A DNA stretch of 64,000 nt, taken from the NCBI GenBank assembly GCA_963751455.1, contig CAVVUN010000001.1, forward strand, positions 320,001 through 384,000, in the 5' to 3' direction. The DNA is from Nitrospirota bacterium. Its GTDB lineage: Bacteria; Nitrospirota; UBA9217. The position numbers were made by a program, and so were the translations under genes. Position 1 is the stretch's first letter, and each line of letters starts with the position of its first letter. Shown here piece after piece: positions 20,716 to 28,928 of the stretch. The notes beneath the pieces were generated by a model. The model was not told where the DNA came from, did not search any database, and worked only from the letters and a program-made list of their open reading frames with translations.

Positions 20716-21203
20716 GAACACCCCTCCTGTTCACCCTTCCGGAGGATGGTGCGCGCTATTTCATAAAACACATCGCGCTCGTAAAGCATACCGGCTACGC
20801 TATTACGTTCGGTCAGGACGGGCACCCTTTTTACGTTGTTCTTCAGCATATGATCTATGCACTCCATCAGCGTTGCATCCTCTTTTACCGTGATCACAGG
20901 GCTGGTCATGCATTCCTTGACCTTCCGGTCGGCCATTTTCTTTGCGAACGACTCCACCATTCCATCCCACGTAAATTCGCCAAGGTCCATAAGGTAAAGA
21001 TATTTGGGATACACCGCCTTCAGAATATCGCCTATCGAGATAATACCTACGAGTTCTCCCTGCGCATCGAGCACCGGCAGCGCGCTGACCCCCTGCCGGT
21101 CTTCGGCCCTTCGTGCAATCCTGAGCAGGCATGTCGCTTCTTTCAGGCTGGCCTCAGGCGTTAAATAATCAACCAGGGGCTCCATTAAATCTTTTGCTTT
21201 CAT
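20712..21203 (-). CDS. CBS-pair domain protein
   Basis: MKAKDLM, LPVLD..G.LVGIIS..DI, V...MT..V.TV and KRVPV. Confidence 0.88.
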   Translation of the reverse strand: MKAKDLMEPLVDYLTPEASLKEATCLLRIARRAEDRQGVSALPVLDAQGELVGIISIGDILKAVYPKYLYLMDLGEFTWDGMVESFAKKMADRKVKECMTSPVITVKEDATLMECIDHMLKNNVKRVPVLTERNSVAGMLYERDVFYEIARTILRKGEQEGCS

Positions 21204-21539
21204 GATGATTCTCCGCGCGGCAGCCCGGCCTGCCTGCCGACGCCGCAGTGTTGACTGAAACTTATTTGGCTGCATGACCGGATAACGATCGTGAGAGACC
21301 GGTATACAGTGTTAGATAGTATTTTAGTCAGCAATTGATCGCAAGTCGCACAGAAGCACGAAAAGACAGACGCAAAATCTCATAATCGTTCGAGCGATAA
21401 TGAGATTCACCTCAGAAACAGACGCGCCGTAACATCGATGGCCGCGTATAATTGCAAAACACAGCCCTGCCAGCCGCTGTTTTGATTATAGACTGAGATC
21501 GGCGATTCGTGCTTTTTTGCGATGTTCTTTTAAAGAAGG

Positions 21540-21953
21540 CTATACGAGCGGAGGAGAAAGGCCTGAGTGGCTAAATCGGGGGTTATTACTGGAGTGAACG
21601 GGTATCGCCAGCGTTCCCCGGGTGATGTCCTCGAGAAACTGTGGAGCCTGGATAATACCTGAGGCAATCGTGTATCCCTCGGGAGCGGTAGCACCGGTGC
21701 TGTCTTTTTGTATGGTAGCGTACTTGTCGAGAAGCTCATCATTGCGCTTTGCCCTGTTGAGTATCTCCCAGATGGCAAGGTCGATCAGCATCAGGTTATT
21801 CTGATTGCACGGTTTGTACGGAGCTAATCGATCTTCAGCCGGTCTGGACAGGAACGCAGAAGGCAATATAGCTGATACCGGCGGAACAACAAAACCGATA
21901 AAATAAAAAAGCAATAGATACGAGAGGGTAAGATGCAACCGCGAACGTTTCAT
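21540..21953 (-). CDS. Small exported or membrane protein ending in HSGLSPP; possible leader peptide
   Basis: Hydrophobic N-terminus. TTGTTT-N17-TATAGT promoter (21960-21988) lies 6 nt before the ATG at 21953. Confidence 0.55.
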   Translation of the reverse strand: MKRSRLHLTLSYLLLFYFIGFVVPPVSAILPSAFLSRPAEDRLAPYKPCNQNNLMLIDLAIWEILNRAKRNDELLDKYATIQKDSTGATAPEGYTIASGIIQAPQFLEDITRGTLAIPVHSSNNPRFSHSGLSPPLV

Positions 21954-22008
21954 TTTCGTACTATACCAGCAGTTATCCATAAAAACAAACAATTTTTTGA
22001 GCGCAGTA

Positions 22009-23292
22009 TCATGTTCGCAGGGCCGCAACCGACCGGCGCTCTTGACCGGCATCGGAGGTCTCAACCAGTAGCCCCAGTTTCCGGGCCAGCATCTTGGTTG
22101 TGGTTGCCTGGATAAGTATGGTCATAAGAACTGCGAGAAACGTAATGGAAGATATCATCTTGGCTCCCGGCGCATTCATGCCGGCGAGCAAACCGGCAAG
22201 CGCAGCCGGGATGACCCCTGTTTCCCGGGTCCAGCACATGAAGAGCAGTTCATTCAGGCTCCACTTGGCACGGCGGTCCGGCAGCGCGCACAGGAACACG
22301 GTTACCGGTCTTGCAACCAGCATAAAGACGGTGACGATCACGACCCCGCCCGCAAGATATTGGTTCATGAGGCCAAGATCCACCTGGGACCCGAGCAGGA
22401 TGAAGATGAACATACGCATGAGAAATGCCGTGGTGAGCACATACTCCTCAAGTTTCTCCTCTTCACGGTCCTCCATGCGAAACCCGAACGCGTCCTTATT
22501 CCCCAATACGATCCCGAACACAAACACTGCCATGAACCCGCTGGCGTGGAGGCCATCGGCCCCAAGATAGGACCCGATTACGGCCATCAGCGTGACCACC
22601 GGGGCATATTCAGCGAGAAAATCATATTTTTCATGGGCAATGAGCCACGCCGCTCCATACCCAGCCAAGCCGCCGATCAGGATACCGAGGCAGGCCTCTT
22701 TAAGAAGGTCGAACAGGGAATTTTTAATCGAAAATTCACCGGTGCCCATGGCGACCGCCAGGATTGCGAACGTGACAATCGCACCCATTGCGTCGTTGAA
22801 GGCAGACTCGCTCAGTACCGTCTGAGCTACCCGGTCTTTGATCTTGACCTGTTTGAAAATAGGTACAAGCGTGGCGGGATCGGTAGATGCAATGGTGGCG
22901 CCGAGCAGCAGCGCGACGATAAACGGAACCTTGAGAACATAAAATGCCGTAATGCCGGTGATCACAGTCATGATAAGGATGCCGGCGGTTGCAATCACCA
23001 CTATCGTGATCCAGACCTGTTTGAGCACGTTCAGCCGAAGCGTGGCACCGCCGTCGAAGAGAATATAACAGGAGCCGAAGATGAGGATGAGTTGGTTCAA
23101 GGTGGATTCTGCCTTGATATCGATCAGTCCGACCAGCTGCGGTCCAAGTATTATGCCGGCAAGCAGGAACATGACTACGTCCGGCACTTTTACTCGCTGG
23201 GCCAGAAAACCGCATACCGCCCCTATCGCAATTATTATGCCTGCAGACAACAGGACATGCTTAGCGATTTCGATGGATGCTGATGATTCCAT
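22009..23292 (-). CDS. CPA1 Na+(K+)/H+ antiporter (NhaP-like)
   Basis: ILFDGG, STDPA, ESAFND, ASGFMAVF and RETGVIPAAL. Confidence 0.9.
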   Translation of the reverse strand: MESSASIEIAKHVLLSAGIIIAIGAVCGFLAQRVKVPDVVMFLLAGIILGPQLVGLIDIKAESTLNQLILIFGSCYILFDGGATLRLNVLKQVWITIVVIATAGILIMTVITGITAFYVLKVPFIVALLLGATIASTDPATLVPIFKQVKIKDRVAQTVLSESAFNDAMGAIVTFAILAVAMGTGEFSIKNSLFDLLKEACLGILIGGLAGYGAAWLIAHEKYDFLAEYAPVVTLMAVIGSYLGADGLHASGFMAVFVFGIVLGNKDAFGFRMEDREEEKLEEYVLTTAFLMRMFIFILLGSQVDLGLMNQYLAGGVVIVTVFMLVARPVTVFLCALPDRRAKWSLNELLFMCWTRETGVIPAALAGLLAGMNAPGAKMISSITFLAVLMTILIQATTTKMLARKLGLLVETSDAGQERRSVAALRT

Positions 23293-23395
23293 AATTCACC
23301 TCTCAGGATGGTTCTTTGCCGCGCATCTGATTACAATGCCGACAGTGATACGCGATGTAGACAAATTGATTGCTTGCCGTTGTTCAACGGGCAGC

Positions 23396-23422
23396 AAAAG
23401 GGCGGCCACAAGAGCCGCCCCC
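23396..23422 (-). terminator. Probable intrinsic terminator or attenuator between the hypothetical gene and the NhaP gene
   Basis: Minus strand GGGCGGC-TCTTGTG-GCCGCCC-TTTT. Confidence 0.55.
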
Positions 23423-23450
23423 GGCCAGTTTCTTTATCAAGAGAATTTCT

Positions 23451-23876
23451 TTACTCGAGGACGTGGATGATCTCGACCACATCCTTTCGGAGTCCGTCCG
23501 ATGGATGCACGGTCACTTTTTTTCCGGCAATCGTGGCCGAAAACCTTGGCTCTTCCATGTACTTTTCATACGCTTCGCCCAGTTTCAGCGACATATTCTG
23601 GAGCTTTTTGGTCGACAAACCTTTGTCCTTGGCCAGGCTTTTGAGATTGTGCTCTTTCCCGTCGTGAAACCAGGCCATGCCGAACATCGCGGGCGGCTTG
23701 CCTATGAAACAGTAGACAGCTTCATCCGCCGGGACAAACTCCAACCGGTCGTTCATCTTGGAAACAAAGGCTTCCAGTTCCGTATTAAACTTGGCCAGAC
23801 GTTTTGCCGCAGGACTTGATGTATCCAGGGACTGCAATTCTTCTTCCTTGCCGAAAAGCTTTCCAAAGAAACCCAT
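23451..23876 (-). CDS. Hypothetical soluble protein with an N-terminal amphipathic MGFFGKLFGK motif
   Basis: Strong GGGAGG SD and a clean 141-aa ORF; no family recognised. Confidence 0.8.
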   Translation of the reverse strand: MGFFGKLFGKEEELQSLDTSSPAAKRLAKFNTELEAFVSKMNDRLEFVPADEAVYCFIGKPPAMFGMAWFHDGKEHNLKSLAKDKGLSTKKLQNMSLKLGEAYEKYMEEPRFSATIAGKKVTVHPSDGLRKDVVEIIHVLE

Positions 23877-23942
23877 AGCCGTACCTCCCAGTGTAATATG
23901 TGACTGCGAAACAGCCAGGCAAATTTATTGACCGTGAAAAAC

Positions 23943-23982
23943 AAAAAAGCCGGCAGCGATGCACCCGCATCGTCAACCAGCC
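23943..23982 (-). ncRNA. Candidate Na+ riboswitch (DUF1646 motif) followed by a U-tract
   Basis: Minus strand GGCUGG-UUGA-CGAUGC-GGGU-GCAUCG-CUG-CCGGCU-UUUUU fits the GGUUGA-stem-xxGU-stem-xUGCC architecture as I recall it. It lies in a 5' UTR upstream of antiporter genes. Confidence 0.65.
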
Positions 23983-24058
23983 TCCTCTCCCGTTCAGAAT
24001 CTACGGGCGCGTCAGACCGCAAAATTGTAATTTTAAGTTAGCGTCATCCTACATGCGT

Positions 24059-24087
24059 ACTATAGCATGACTTTGACAGAAAGTAAA
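24059..24087 (-). promoter_or_regulatory. Sigma70-type promoter for the riboswitch leader
   Basis: TTTACT-N17-TATAGT with TGn extension. Confidence 0.6.
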
Positions 24088-24181
24088 CTTTAGTGCAATA
24101 TTTTTTGAACAGGTTAAAATTGTAGCTATAGATGGTTGATTCTGTTTGACGCTGCTTCACGTAAGGGAGTGACAAATTGCG

Positions 24182-24210
24182 AAAAAAAAGACCGCCAAAT
24201 GGCGGCCTTT
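24182..24210 (-). terminator. Intrinsic terminator after the DUF1634 gene
   Basis: AAAGGCCGCCA-TT-TGGCGGTCTTTTTTTT on the minus strand. Confidence 0.75.
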
Positions 24211-24240
24211 CTCTTTAATAATCCAAGTTGTGTGGTCTAA

Positions 24241-24660
24241 TCAATGCCCGCCGACTTTCAAAAGTCCGCTGGCAGCAAGCGACAGCACCAACACCTCAAC
24301 GATTGCAATAACCACATATGCCGTGTCCTTCTTCCTGATCAGTATCGGCAGAATCACCAAGTAACAAAGGATGGTAAGGCCGGAGAGAATGGCAATGCCG
24401 ACAAAATTCAGATAATCTCCGTTGCCGATCAGCGGCGCCCAGCCCCACCCGGTCGGGGCATTAAGCACGTGGTTGAAATCATGCACCCTCATCGTCCAGT
24501 ACTTCGGCAGATCATCGATCGGGACAAAGGTGGGAAGTATACCTGATATGTATACAAAAAATGTTATAATCAGCAGGGCGAGTCCGAACCACATCCCGAT
24601 ATTAAGGACGCCCGCGTATGCTATCTGCTCTTCCGATGCTTTGGTCTTTTCGTTCGTCAT
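24241..24660 (-). CDS. DUF1634-like small membrane protein
   Basis: EQ..YA..L..G, PTGW.W and GDYLNF; three TM segments; follows a TauE gene. Confidence 0.8.
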   Translation of the reverse strand: MTNEKTKASEEQIAYAGVLNIGMWFGLALLIITFFVYISGILPTFVPIDDLPKYWTMRVHDFNHVLNAPTGWGWAPLIGNGDYLNFVGIAILSGLTILCYLVILPILIRKKDTAYVVIAIVEVLVLSLAASGLLKVGGH

Positions 24661-24672
24661 TTTATGTTCCCC

Positions 24673-25695
24673 CTAATTCCAGATTCCGAGGCCCTTCAGA
24701 AGGGACCTGAGTCCTGCAAAGAGCAGGAGGCCGATAACCATCCACTTGATGGCTTTGGGTTTCGACTTGGCAAGGATCTTCACGCCCACCATCGAGCCGA
24801 GCATGATGCCCACAAGCGACGGCACCACGATCATCGGCAGCACCGCGCCCTGATTGAGGTATACCCACGCGGCCGACGTATCGGTGATCGACAGCAGGAA
24901 CTTGCTCGTGGCCACCGATACCTTGAGCGGCGCGCCCATCAAAAGGTTCAGGACTGGAACGTTGGCCCAGCCTGCTCCGAGACCGAACATGCCGGCCATG
25001 ATGCCGATAATAACGAACAGGGCCAGCCCGAACGGTGTTTTGTGCACATTCCATTCAACGTCCTTGCCGAGCGACTCTTCCCGGTAGATGCCCATTATAC
25101 CGAGGCTCTGGGACAGCGCATCCGGCTTCGGCACCACCGGAAAGTCGGACTTCTTCGCAGTTGCCATGATAGCCACGATAAAAAGGATGGTGGCTCCAAG
25201 AAGCGTATTGACTACATTCGGCTTGAGCGCAAGACCGATCATTGCGCCCACGATCGCTGCTGAGGACGCAATGAGCGCCACCGGCAAGGCAAGACGAAGG
25301 CTGGCAAGATTTCTTTTGAGAAGGCCCGGTCCTGCAGCGAGGGCGCCCGCAAGCGCCACGAGCAGGCCTGCGCCTCTTACGAAATCGATGTTGAAGGGAA
25401 AAAATCCGCCGACGATCGGCACGAACAGCACTCCGCCCCCTACGCCGCCGAGCACGGCAAGAATGCCAAGAATGAAGGTAACAATGAATAACGAAAGCGG
25501 CCAGATCCACCACGGCGTTGTCGAAGCGGGAACTGCTGAAGCGGCATGACCCTCGTGCCCGGGTGCGGTTGTCGTAGCTTCCGAGGCAGGGGCTGAACCA
25601 TGCGGATCATGCTGAGCAAAAGCAGCGCCTGCGGATGCAAGCATGATTGCGATAATCAAAATCATGATAATAACATTGGAATAACGATAACACAT
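24673..25695 (-). CDS. TauE/SafE (TSUP) family sulfur-compound transporter
   Basis: GGVGGGVLFVP and GMFGLGAGWANVP repeats, ATS; His-rich N-terminal extension after a signal-like segment. Confidence 0.87.
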   Translation of the reverse strand: MCYRYSNVIIMILIIAIMLASAGAAFAQHDPHGSAPASEATTTAPGHEGHAASAVPASTTPWWIWPLSLFIVTFILGILAVLGGVGGGVLFVPIVGGFFPFNIDFVRGAGLLVALAGALAAGPGLLKRNLASLRLALPVALIASSAAIVGAMIGLALKPNVVNTLLGATILFIVAIMATAKKSDFPVVPKPDALSQSLGIMGIYREESLGKDVEWNVHKTPFGLALFVIIGIMAGMFGLGAGWANVPVLNLLMGAPLKVSVATSKFLLSITDTSAAWVYLNQGAVLPMIVVPSLVGIMLGSMVGVKILAKSKPKAIKWMVIGLLLFAGLRSLLKGLGIWN

Positions 25696-26013
25696 CTTTT
25701 ATTCTTCCCCCCCTTTTCGATTTTTTCGCTGTGCAGACTCGTCAGCGCTATTGCATTCTGCAATTATACTGTTTCATTTTTATACGGGTGGTTATGTTAT
25801 TATAATGATCGAGAAGTTGTCAAGCAAAATGTCCATAAAATCATTTCGAATGTTCTATAAGTATCGCTTATAAAAGGGCTTCGCCCATTCTTTCAGTTTG
25901 AAGATAAAAAAGGTATTTCAACTGCTGGATCGTTTGATTTTGAGACGACGGTCATCACGTTGAGAAGTGAAAAAAGAGAAGGCATATACGATCAGAGAAA
26001 GGATCGGACTACA

Positions 26014-26547
26014 CTATCGCAGAACTTCCGCTGCAGTGTTTACCGAAGGGTTCTTCAGCCATGCAGCTACATCTTTACCGAGGTTTTTAGCGCATTGTTC
26101 CAGCATCGCGCAGGTGCCGCGATAGCTGCCCCATGCCGCGGTTCCTGCCACACGGGTCGCCCTGAACGTTCCCATGATCCTGCCGTTCTGCCGCAATGTA
26201 CAATCTATCGTGAGATGCTTGGGGCCGCTCCAGACTCCCCCTGCGGACCCCGAAAGGTCGCTGATGGTAACAGCCAGTGCCTTCCCCGGAGTACTCGAAG
26301 AGATGCTGTCCACGAAATCTATTTTATCGAAATCGTGTCTGGCAAATGATTCAATCGATTCGACAACAGTCGTTTCTAATTCGCATTCGTCTTTGACGGT
26401 ACCGGGAATGGATAATCCTTTTTCGAAAGATGCTTTCTTCTGCAAGGTGAGATTGCCGGAATCACCGGCATGAAGGGAATGCCCGAAGGCCGGCAGTATG
26501 ACGAGCGCAATGCAGATCAAAATTACTCTGCATAATGATAACATCAT
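26014..26547 (-). CDS. Exported hypothetical protein with several Cys residues
   Basis: AGGGAGG SD and a signal peptide; TTGACA-N17-TACGAT promoter at 26634-26662. Confidence 0.7.
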   Translation of the reverse strand: MMLSLCRVILICIALVILPAFGHSLHAGDSGNLTLQKKASFEKGLSIPGTVKDECELETTVVESIESFARHDFDKIDFVDSISSSTPGKALAVTISDLSGSAGGVWSGPKHLTIDCTLRQNGRIMGTFRATRVAGTAAWGSYRGTCAMLEQCAKNLGKDVAAWLKNPSVNTAAEVLR

Positions 26548-26822
26548 GGCAACCTCCCTGTTCGACTTCAAAACCTGTCCTGAGGAGCTTGATGTTCCGG
26601 CGGAGAAACCGCAAACTAAATGCAAACTTGTGTATCGTAGTATAGCTCATCGGCATTGTCAAGGTCATTCTTATTCATATAATATGTTTGGAAGGCTGGT
26701 GAGTCCGGAGCGGCTAAACCCGAGGAGAAAATGTAAGAATCCAATCCGACGACAGTTACTCTCAGCTCGTGCGTGAGATGATCGAAGCAGTTTGTCCTGC
26801 TCCTTTAAATGCCCCGCATCTG

Positions 26823-27608
26823 TTAGAATGTGTCATCCCATGAAATCTGAAACAGGTGCTTTTTGAAGCCATTGCCGTCGGTGGAAGCTGCCTTCAGAAA
26901 AGAGTAGCCGATTGTCAGTACGGATGGTACATACGTCAAGCCGACGCCGAACGACCTGGTCGTGTATGAAGGGATATCCAATGTTGTATCGTAATAACCA
27001 GTCGATATTTTCTGCGTACCCTTCTGTTTTGCTACCATTCCGATGATGTCTATACGGACCGTATCGAGAGTGAAACCCGCCTGGACCCCTCCTTGACCGC
27101 CATATGTATAGGAAATCACATCCCATCTGTCATTTACAATGTTCGGCCCGGGCGCGATAGTGGGGTGCTCCATGGATGAGTAGGACGCATTGAAACCGGG
27201 GCCGGCAAAGAGAACAAGATTGACAATATCATTTTCAAACGGCTGTGCTGCGAGATTGAGTGCTACAGGAACGGCTACGCCGTTAAGGCCCATGGAGCCG
27301 TTGTGGGCAACGAGGTAAACGGCGCCGAAATTAAAATCGAGCGCGAGACGGCTGCTGAAAGAACGCCGGGTAGTTACATCGAGACCGTACCCGTCCAATT
27401 GGGAAGGATTCGTGGAATCGGTTCCTTGCATTGAGAAATAACCGACCCGCAGCTTTACTCCTTTTTCTTCCGGTTGAAAAAACGGACTGGCAGGGGGCGG
27501 CGGCGGGATTACTGACAAGGAAGACAGGAACAATTCCTCGGCATGAACAGAAACGGCGTGAAGGGAGCCAAAAAACAATAAGACGGCAAATGAAATCATG
27601 CGGAGCAT
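26823..27608 (-). CDS. Putative outer-membrane beta-barrel protein (paralog of 27919-28719)
   Basis: Signal peptide, alternating amphipathic strands, C-terminal HLFQISWDDTF. Confidence 0.7.
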   Translation of the reverse strand: MLRMISFAVLLFFGSLHAVSVHAEELFLSSLSVIPPPPPASPFFQPEEKGVKLRVGYFSMQGTDSTNPSQLDGYGLDVTTRRSFSSRLALDFNFGAVYLVAHNGSMGLNGVAVPVALNLAAQPFENDIVNLVLFAGPGFNASYSSMEHPTIAPGPNIVNDRWDVISYTYGGQGGVQAGFTLDTVRIDIIGMVAKQKGTQKISTGYYDTTLDIPSYTTRSFGVGLTYVPSVLTIGYSFLKAASTDGNGFKKHLFQISWDDTF

Positions 27609-27865
27609 ACAACGGACCTCCCTGTTGAAAAGCCCAGGCCCAGGCCGGCTTCGTCTGATAGAGTTAGAAAAAGGAGTGACTGATTCTACCCGTGGTGTCG
27701 CAGTTTGATGTACTAGAAGACGAAAAACTGCGTCTAGTAGCGGAAACCATGCCGGTAGTTGAAGCTCCCTGATGTGCAGTCGCTTAAGAAAAGCCTAGTA
27801 TACCGCTCTCTGCTTGTCAAGACAGGAAGCCCTGGATGAGGAGAGGAGATCCGGCGGATGGCATT

Positions 27866-27896
27866 AAAAAAGCCCGACCAAAAAAAGGTCGGGCTT
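27866..27896 (-). terminator. Intrinsic terminator
   Basis: AAGCCCGACC-T7-GGTCGGGCTT-TTTT on the minus strand. Confidence 0.8.
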
Positions 27897-27918
27897 ATGA
27901 TCCAATGAGGTTAAATAA

Positions 27919-28719
27919 TCAATATTTATGGCTCCAGGAAAGCTGATACAGGTGCGTCTTGAAACCGCTGCTTTCGCCTTCGCTTTTGCCCTTGCCTGCT
28001 TCCTGCAATACCGAACTGAGCGCCAATCCCCACGGCACAATAATGAAATCAACACCGAAGGTGTTCGTGGTCATCGTGGGAATGTCCGTAGAAGTACTGC
28101 CTCCGTAAGACGAATACGTGCTCTGGCTCCCTTTCTGCGAGGCAGTCATACCGAAGGCGTCTACGCCGATGGGCCCGAACGTAAATCCAAGCTGCACGCC
28201 GCCCTGGGCGCCGTACATGAACGAATCAACGGTCGTAGTCATTGTGGTCTCCTGTCCGGAATATCCAATATACGAAGTCTCCATGGACATGGCTGACATA
28301 TTGAATGACGGCCCGAAAAAGACAATTACATTGAGGATGTCGCTCTTGAATGGCTCTACTTCCAGGTTGAAACTGAAGGGTATGGAGATACCGTTCAGGG
28401 TTCCGGTAGACCCCAGGTCGCCGTCAAGATATGTTACGCCGTAATTGAAATCCATGGCAAAGCGGTTGCCGAAGGCTTTCCGCATCACCGCGTCAACACC
28501 GTAACCGCTCAGTTCGAAATCAAACGCCGGATCCGTGCTTTCCATTGTCAGGTACGTGCCGCGGATCTTCATGTCCTTTTCCCTGGAGTCAAAGACGGGA
28601 TTTGCTATCGGGGGCGGACTGACGGAAAAGGAAGACTGGGACGAAGCAGCTGAACAAATTGATACTGCGGCCAGTAAAACAAGAATCGAAACAGCAACTG
28701 AAATCGCTTTCCTCTGCAT
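27919..28719 (-). CDS. Putative outer-membrane beta-barrel protein
   Basis: AGGAGG SD, signal peptide, amphipathic strands, C-terminal HLYQLSWSHKY. Confidence 0.72.
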   Translation of the reverse strand: MQRKAISVAVSILVLLAAVSICSAASSQSSFSVSPPPIANPVFDSREKDMKIRGTYLTMESTDPAFDFELSGYGVDAVMRKAFGNRFAMDFNYGVTYLDGDLGSTGTLNGISIPFSFNLEVEPFKSDILNVIVFFGPSFNMSAMSMETSYIGYSGQETTMTTTVDSFMYGAQGGVQLGFTFGPIGVDAFGMTASQKGSQSTYSSYGGSTSTDIPTMTTNTFGVDFIIVPWGLALSSVLQEAGKGKSEGESSGFKTHLYQLSWSHKY

Positions 28720-28928
28720 AAAAGACCTCCTCCTGTATTATGGGTCGTCCCGGCGGAATATCAGCAGTGCCCTGATGAAATGTGTACGGAACTTTAGTAC
28801 CCTTTTTAATACTTAATACGTAACATTTTCTTGCAAATCTGTCAAGGAAAAGTTGTATTACCAGTTTTTTATTGATTATTGAGGAGTTACGGCAGTGATT
28901 TTTAAGGTCATAATGGAGGGTTTTGTAA

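Noticed and set aside
21215-21250. Possible nhaA-I (Li+) riboswitch before the CBS-NhaD genes (GCAGGCCGGGCTGCC)
   Set aside because: Only the 3' half resembles the motif as I recall it. The 5' GGGUG is absent, and the GCCTGCCTGCC tract may be a repeat remnant.
25794-27820. Apparent short-spacer promoters TTGACA-N12/13-TATAmT (three cases)
   Set aside because: Each also has a TAnnnT hexamer at 17-18 nt (TAACAT, TACGAT, TAGGCT), so canonical promoters explain them.
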